Of a stretch of DNA of 64,000 bases, positions 61,020 through 64,000 are shown piece after piece. The translations under genes and the position numbers were made by a program. This DNA comes from Deltaproteobacteria bacterium (lineage in GTDB: Bacteria > BMS3Abin14), in assembly GCA_013151915.1 (NCBI GenBank), contig JAADHJ010000006.1, forward strand, positions 65,404-129,403, written 5' to 3'. The notes below the pieces were generated by a model, which had not been told where the DNA came from, made no database searches, and saw nothing but the letters and a program-made list of their open reading frames with translations. Numbering within the stretch: position 1 is the stretch's first letter; each line of letters opens with the position of its first letter.

Positions 61020-62321
61020 ATGGCAGGCAATAATGAAAAAGTCGTCGTTTCAACTTACACAAACGGCATTCTGGACCCCGACGAGCCGATGCTAGGTCCG
61101 GTAAAGGATGGTGGTACCATTGAGGCAAACACAATGCCTGGTTGTTGGGGGCCGATGATAACCCCTCACCTCAGGGGTGGTCATGAGGTAACTCGGCCGG
61201 TTTATGTGGAAAATGCAGAACCGGGGGATGCTCTCGCCATCAGAATCCGGGAGATAAAAGTCACATCCGCCGCCACAGCCTCCGGGCAGGATCGTATGGT
61301 TGATGGACATTTCCTTGGTGATCCATATGTGGCTAAGAAATGTCCCGGGTGCGATACCATGCATCCTGAGACAACGATAGAGGGAATCGGCCAAAATGCA
61401 GTACGCTGTTCCAATTGCGGCACCGTAATAACGGCCTTTCAGTTCGAGAATGGCTATACTGTCGTTTTCAACGAGGAGAGATCTCTCGGGGTGACCGTGG
61501 ATAAAGAAACAGCGGAGCGAATTGCCCGCAATGCCAGGAATTACGCCCAGCTTTCGGGAAATTGCACGCAGCACTCAGCCCTGCTCTTTGCTCCTCACGA
61601 CCTCAGCGGAGTCATATCCCGGATGAGACCCTTCATGGGTCAGCTCGGAACAACCCCTGCCGTGAAAATGCCGGATTCTCACAATGCCGGCGATTTCGGG
61701 GTGTTTCTTATTGGTGCGCCCCATGATTATGCAATTACCGATGAGCAACTCGAACTGCGCACCGACGGACACATGGATATCGACGCGGTCCGGCCCGGAG
61801 CGATACTGGTGGCTCCTGTGAAGGTGCCTGGCGCAGGCGTATATATGGGCGACATGCACGCGCTCCAGGGAGACGGAGAAATTGCCGGACACACTATGGA
61901 TGTGTCCGGGGTCGTGACGGTGCAGGTCGAGGTGGTGAAGGGACGGGAGCTTCGGGGACCGGTACTTTTTCCCCTTGTCGAAGATCTCCCTTACCTGGCT
62001 ATGCCTTTTAACTCCGAGGAAGGAGCAAAAGCCGAAATACTGGCAAAACAATGGGACCTTCCAAGACTGGAGAAATCCGCTCCTATCTCTGTCGTTGGAA
62101 CGGGAGCTGATTTAAATAAGGCTACGGAAAACGGGTTGCAGCGAGCTGCCGATATCTTAGGGATGAGCGTTCCGGAAGTGAAGAACCGCGCCACAATTAC
62201 CGGAGCTATTGAAATCGGCCGTCTACCGGGAGTTGTTCAGGTTACCTTCCTGGCGCCACTGGAGAATTTGAAAAGCGCCGGTCTCCTTCCCTTTGTAAGT
62301 GAGCAATATGGAATTGGTTAG
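61020..62321 (+). CDS. acetamidase/formamidase (FmdA_AmdA) family protein
   Basis: TRPVYVENAEPGDALAIRI and DGHMD..., 433 aa. RBS AAGGAGG. Confidence 0.7.
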   Translation: MAGNNEKVVVSTYTNGILDPDEPMLGPVKDGGTIEANTMPGCWGPMITPHLRGGHEVTRPVYVENAEPGDALAIRIREIKVTSAATASGQDRMVDGHFLGDPYVAKKCPGCDTMHPETTIEGIGQNAVRCSNCGTVITAFQFENGYTVVFNEERSLGVTVDKETAERIARNARNYAQLSGNCTQHSALLFAPHDLSGVISRMRPFMGQLGTTPAVKMPDSHNAGDFGVFLIGAPHDYAITDEQLELRTDGHMDIDAVRPGAILVAPVKVPGAGVYMGDMHALQGDGEIAGHTMDVSGVVTVQVEVVKGRELRGPVLFPLVEDLPYLAMPFNSEEGAKAEILAKQWDLPRLEKSAPISVVGTGADLNKATENGLQRAADILGMSVPEVKNRATITGAIEIGRLPGVVQVTFLAPLENLKSAGLLPFVSEQYGIG

Positions 62322-62359
62322 GGGAGAAGAGCCGGAGGGGCACTAAACTCCTTATCTCA

Positions 62360-62494
62360 CCACCCGTTCGTCACGCCTGCGGCAAGCTGTTCCTTAACCA
62401 AAGATTTCAGGTGTCCTCCGTATCCTTCCATAACGTGCCTTGTAGCGGTGAGCCGCTCCTTAACTCAATAAGGTACGCATTAACCGGAGGAACC
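62360..62494. mobile_element. MITE family A partial copy / solo terminal repeat
   Basis: GGTACGCATTAACCGGAGGAACC at 62472-62494 with upstream CCCGTTCGTCACGCCTGCGG. No matching left TIR. Confidence 0.5.
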
Positions 62495-62498
62495 AATT

Positions 62499-63902
62499 TT
62501 ATACGCAGCACGAGATACCCGAGATGTCCCGGGTGAACGAGACGGCTGCGAGTTTTATAGATTCGGCCATGCTCGGGAACACGGGCATGGACTCGATGAC
62601 GTCGTCGATGGTGTTTTTGTTCCTGATCAGCGTCATGGCCACGGAAGCCAACTCCGAAGACTGATTCGACAGGAAGTGTACGCCGCGGATTCGCCTCGTC
62701 TTCGGGTTTATCACCATCCTGATCAACCCCTCGGTGCGTCCCGTGATGATGGCCTTGGGGATTTTTTCGAAAGAAACGGTCCTGCAGGAGCAGATGCCTT
62801 CACGTTCCATCAGCTCTTCCTCCGTGAGGCCGACGCCTGAAAGCTGCGGGTCGGTGAATACCGTGTATGGGACAGTGTCATAGTCTATGCCGTGTTCCGT
62901 CCCGCTCAGGGCGTTTTGGGCGCCCAGCGTCCCCTCGCGGCCGGCGGTGGTCTCGAGGCGCCGCGGCAGATCCACGACGTCACCGGCGGCGAAGATATGG
63001 GGCTGCGAAGTCTGCATGAACCCGTTGACGGTAATAGCCCCCTTTCCATTGGTCTTTACACCGGCAATGTCGAGGGCAAGGCCGTTTGTGTTCGGATCCT
63101 TTCCAGCCGCCAGCAGGATCTCGTCACCGCTCACGACCACTTCCTTGCCGCCTGAAAGATAGGAAAGGTGTTTCCTGCCGTTTTTCACCCACGCCTTCCG
63201 GTATTCGACACCCAGGGTGATGGAGATCCCTTCGCCTTCGAGGAGTTCACGGAGCCTGACCGCCAGCTCCGGCTCCGTTCCCCTGTATATCGACCTTGAA
63301 CGCCTGAGCAGGGTCACCCGGGTTCCGAACCTGGAGTACATCTGGGAAAACTCCAGGCCCACCGCCCCGGCGCCGATCACGATCATGTCCTTTGGTAGGC
63401 GCCTTAACTTCAGGGCCTCGATATGGGTCAGGAAGCCTGTGTCTTCAATCCCCTCGATGTCAGGAACCCTGGCTGTGGACCCGGTGGCGACGAGGAACTT
63501 CTCCCCCTCGACAATATTTCCGTTGACCTCAACCTGATTGGGCGAGACGAATTTCCCCTTTCCATCAAGAAACGTGATGTTCTCAAGCCCTTTGAGTACA
63601 TGCTCGTACTTTTCACCGCGCATTTCTTCCACCATATCCAGTTCGGCCCGGACCACGGTGGGGAAATCGAACGTATCTCTGGACAGCCCTATCCCGGGGA
63701 CGCCATGATGATCCACTGCATGGAGGACCTCTCCGGCATACAGCAGCGCCTTGGAGGGGACGCAACCGACGTTCACACAGGTCCCTCCCAGGGGTAGTCC
63801 CGTGTTGATCATGGCCGTCCCGGCACCAAGATCATTGGCCTTTATGGCAGCCCCGAAGCCGCCGGCCCCGCCGCCGATAATGACCAGATCATACTTGTCC
63901 AT
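62499..63902 (-). CDS. merA: mercuric-reductase-like class I pyridine nucleotide-disulfide oxidoreductase (no N-terminal HMA domain)
   Basis: FAD motif VIIGGGAGG, redox-active GGTCVNVGCVPSK, and a C-terminal IKLAAVSFTRDISGISCCV carrying the MerA-type vicinal Cys pair. Confidence 0.6.
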   Translation of the reverse strand: MDKYDLVIIGGGAGGFGAAIKANDLGAGTAMINTGLPLGGTCVNVGCVPSKALLYAGEVLHAVDHHGVPGIGLSRDTFDFPTVVRAELDMVEEMRGEKYEHVLKGLENITFLDGKGKFVSPNQVEVNGNIVEGEKFLVATGSTARVPDIEGIEDTGFLTHIEALKLRRLPKDMIVIGAGAVGLEFSQMYSRFGTRVTLLRRSRSIYRGTEPELAVRLRELLEGEGISITLGVEYRKAWVKNGRKHLSYLSGGKEVVVSGDEILLAAGKDPNTNGLALDIAGVKTNGKGAITVNGFMQTSQPHIFAAGDVVDLPRRLETTAGREGTLGAQNALSGTEHGIDYDTVPYTVFTDPQLSGVGLTEEELMEREGICSCRTVSFEKIPKAIITGRTEGLIRMVINPKTRRIRGVHFLSNQSSELASVAMTLIRNKNTIDDVIESMPVFPSMAESIKLAAVSFTRDISGISCCV

Positions 63903-64000
63903 TTCAACCCTCTCTTTCCGACAATGAGGATATCGCGCTCGACCCGGACCCCCGGATTCTAACTTCCCGCGGCCGGCTCTCTCCGGATGACCTTTCCCTT

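Overview
This 64 kb window is a high-GC (~58%) chromosomal segment from an anaerobe, plausibly Desulfobacterota/deltaproteobacterial; the lineage is inferred from gene content only. Coordinates 1 to about 42.7 kb are conserved housekeeping genes. They comprise a polar amino-acid ABC transporter, a flavin reductase, MscS, otsB, a GAF-containing methyl-accepting chemotaxis protein (MCP), der, a yebC-ruvCAB operon, and a long minus-strand run ihfB-sppA-rpsA-ispH-cmk-aroA-tyrA-aroF-hisC-pheA-accA-dnaE-guaA-guaB. They continue with a livFGMH plus binding-protein operon, cfa, and a 2-hydroxyacyl-CoA-dehydratase-like protein with its activase. From about 42.7 kb to the end the character changes to an accessory metal-resistance region. 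It contains an ArsR/ArsP pair, a transglutaminase-like protein, a cytochrome c/SHOCT pair, and two P1B-type ATPases (a CopB-like CPH type and a CopA-like CPC type). Sandwiched between the two ATPases are an unusual flavoprotein pair (one with an N-terminal YHS/TRASH domain) and small membrane proteins. The region also holds a LarE-like PP-loop ATPase, a membrane/epimerase/methyltransferase cluster, a formamidase and a MerA-like reductase. Three non-genic repeat families are prominent. First, a MITE-like family with ~23-bp terminal inverted repeats (GGGTTCATCCGGTTAATGCGTACC) has 3 full copies plus remnants; one copy marks the start of the accessory region and two flank the formamidase gene. Second, a palindromic REP-like element (core AAAAAGTCCATCCATGGCTTTTT ... 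GCGCCCCAAAAGGGGCGC) is inserted at four gene junctions. Third, a set of 7-bp tandem microsatellite arrays shares the core GTYCARN (GTCCAGN, GTTCAAN, GTCCAAN) at five intergenic sites. No rRNA, tRNA or CRISPR arrays were recognised.
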